Origin: the human T2T-CHM13v2.0 reference genome, Homo sapiens
DNA length: 64,000 nt
Assembly (NCBI RefSeq): GCF_009914755.1
Contig: NC_060945.1
Reading direction: 5' to 3' (one strand)
The position numbers and the translations under genes are program-made. Positions 62,020 through 64,000 of this stretch are shown here, in pieces. The stretch's first letter is position 1; each line of letters begins with the position of its first letter. The notes under the pieces were generated by a model. The model searched no databases. It worked only from the letters and a program-made list of their open reading frames with translations, and was not told the DNA's origin.

Positions 62020-64000
62020 AAATTTATAAAATAAATTGAGGTGTTTGGATGAAAAAAAATACAAGAGCTTTGCCTTCATGTCTGTAGATCTCTTAATATA
62101 TTATTGGTCTTGCATCTCAGATATCAAATAAAGGTACCTAGCTTGACACAAAAGTTGGTAGCTGCAAGGTTAAGCTGTATTAGTTTGATGATGGGCCAGG
62201 AAATGATATATTTTCTAAATTTTATCCTTAAATATTGGCTGTAACAAATGCTGATATAGCAAAACGTAAGCTTCTATTAGACAGCAAGAGGGAAACTTGA
62301 GTGAATGAATGCAACTTACCTCCAAGTCCTCTTAAAGGAGGTAAAATAATAAATACTGTGTTTTACCAGTGCTCCCCCCAAAGCATTATTCTAAGCATGC
62401 AGGAGGGTATAGTGAGCAGCTACAATAGTAAGATCCAACCCAGAGGTAGGTTCAAGGCCAAGAGTAGGAGAGTGGTTGAGGAAATCCTCCTAGGGCCAGT
62501 ACCATTTCATAGAATGCCCATTTGTGTTGGGGGATGAGTCTGGCCTATTTTCTTCTGATTCAAAAGCACATTCCCAATTTCAACCTTGCTGAAAAAGAGG
62601 CATTTTTGTACCTGCTATTAAGAACAGCTAGGATACAGGATAAGGCTGGCATAAAATTATTTAGCAAGCACATGCTAGCTATTCCAGTTTGAAATCTACC
62701 AAACTGTAAAATCGGGGAGAAATAAAAAGTTGAAGTTGTTGTTCCTCAAGATGAGGGAACAAAATCTTACAAAAGGTGGGATTAGGCACTCGCTTAACTC
62801 TATATGGAGAACATCCTTCTCAAGCTAGGTGGAAGATGAGGAAGAATATTACCAAAAGCTGACCAGGCCATTTGGAGACCAAAAGGAAAGGAAAAAAGGC
62901 ATTTAGGAAGCAAGCTAGTAAAAGAAGTTCTTCTGGGTCTGACTAAGTAAGTGAATCTAAGGGAACCATACCAAAGATATGTTACCCATTACTCCAGCAT
63001 GAAGCCAGTGGCAAAATACCTCAAGACATTTTAAACCCAGAGAAGTGTATGAAAAATATGATAGTTAACCAAGCAGATTAAAATCAAACCACTAATGGTA
63101 AAAATCTCTTCAGATCTGAAATCCAAGATACTCACTTTCCATTAATTCTGTGTTTTATAGGGGGAAAAGAAAAGTAACAAATGTAAAGATTTTTTTTATT
63201 TCTACTGGGGAGGGAGGAGGATAAATAGAACTGTTTTCCAATTTGCTCTCCACTGTATACACACATACCCACACACATACATAAGCAAACATACACCAAA
63301 AATACCCCAAACAAAAAACAAAAAAACCAGGAATCAAAACCCAGAACACCCTCAAACTGCACCAATACTTCATATTTTGACCAAAAAAATATCCTGAGAG
63401 GAAGGCAAAATGCAAAATCAAATGACAGAAAAATGCTGAACAGCATTATTAATATACAAAATATTTATATTAGTGAACTAGTAACAGGTGATGTTCTCTG
63501 TGTCTGTAAAACTTTGGAACCACATAGCTGATTTGTTCAATCTAGTCCATGCCAGCTTCCAAAAACCATGCCAGCTTCATTCTTTGATGCCTCATCAAAA
63601 TTTTCTACAAGATCGGGAACATCATCATCCTCCTCATCAGTGTCTTCTGGTTTTGCTGCTTTACTGTCCAAGACTTGCCGTGGGAACTGTTCAGCTAACT
63701 TCCTAAGGCTTGTTAAACTGTCAGCACCAAGCTGACTTAATATTCCAGGTATCATTTCTGTGATTGGTTTGGCTTCTGCATGACCAGTAATTGCAAAGGT
63801 GTTAGCAGAAAGGGAAGCTTGGACTTTGGGATTGTTGAAGTGAATAACTGTCCCATCATCTTTAATCATGTTCATCTCTTCAATACCAACTATATTATTC
63901 ACAGCCAGTTTTTTTAGAGAACTCTGAAGCTTTTTGTCGTCAGCCATGGCTGTTTTATGTACCACCTTCTTTCTGCGAGCTGTACCCTTGCCCCCTATCC
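62020..64000 (-). pseudogene. BTF3L4P1: BTF3L4 (NAC beta-like) processed pseudogene, antisense in CXADR intron 1; CDS part 63537-64000 (5' end outside the window) plus ~1.5 kb presumed 3' UTR
   Basis: Intronless frame [14 protein letters not shown]...[17 protein letters not shown]...[38 protein letters not shown]...[19 protein letters not shown] matches the BTF3L4 NAC-domain protein. The left boundary is inferred from the repeat-free UTR-like sequence. The P1 numbering is from recall. Confidence 0.93.

Overview
Human (primate) genomic DNA, recognisable as the upstream flank and 5' end of CXADR (coxsackievirus and adenovirus receptor; chr21 by established knowledge). The only real protein-coding sequence is CXADR exon 1 (ATG at 58179, signal peptide MALLLCFVLLCGVV, GT donor at 58222), which sits in a CpG-island promoter. 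The window also holds two processed pseudogenes on the minus strand: a decayed full-length RPL39 retrocopy (~45.55-45.97 kb) and a BTF3L4 retrocopy in CXADR intron 1 (~62.0-64.0 kb, truncated by the window edge) whose visible reading frame is still open. The rest is very Alu-dense (about 70-75 copies or fragments by eye), with MaLR/ERVL/ERV1 LTRs, L1, L2, MIR, hAT MITEs and microsatellites. Nearly all ORFs in the supplied track are Alu- or L1-derived or GC-rich noise. I found no evidence for a new multi-gene system. The most unusual signals are structural: a patchwork of locally templated direct and inverted duplications around the CXADR promoter, snap-back-type repair scars, an Alu+LTR-tail chimeric insertion under one TSD, a MYC-type G-quadruplex motif in the promoter, and weak traces of an ancient Gypsy-like element. 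Repeat boundaries are approximate, and subfamily names come from recalled consensus sequences, not from a RepeatMasker run.
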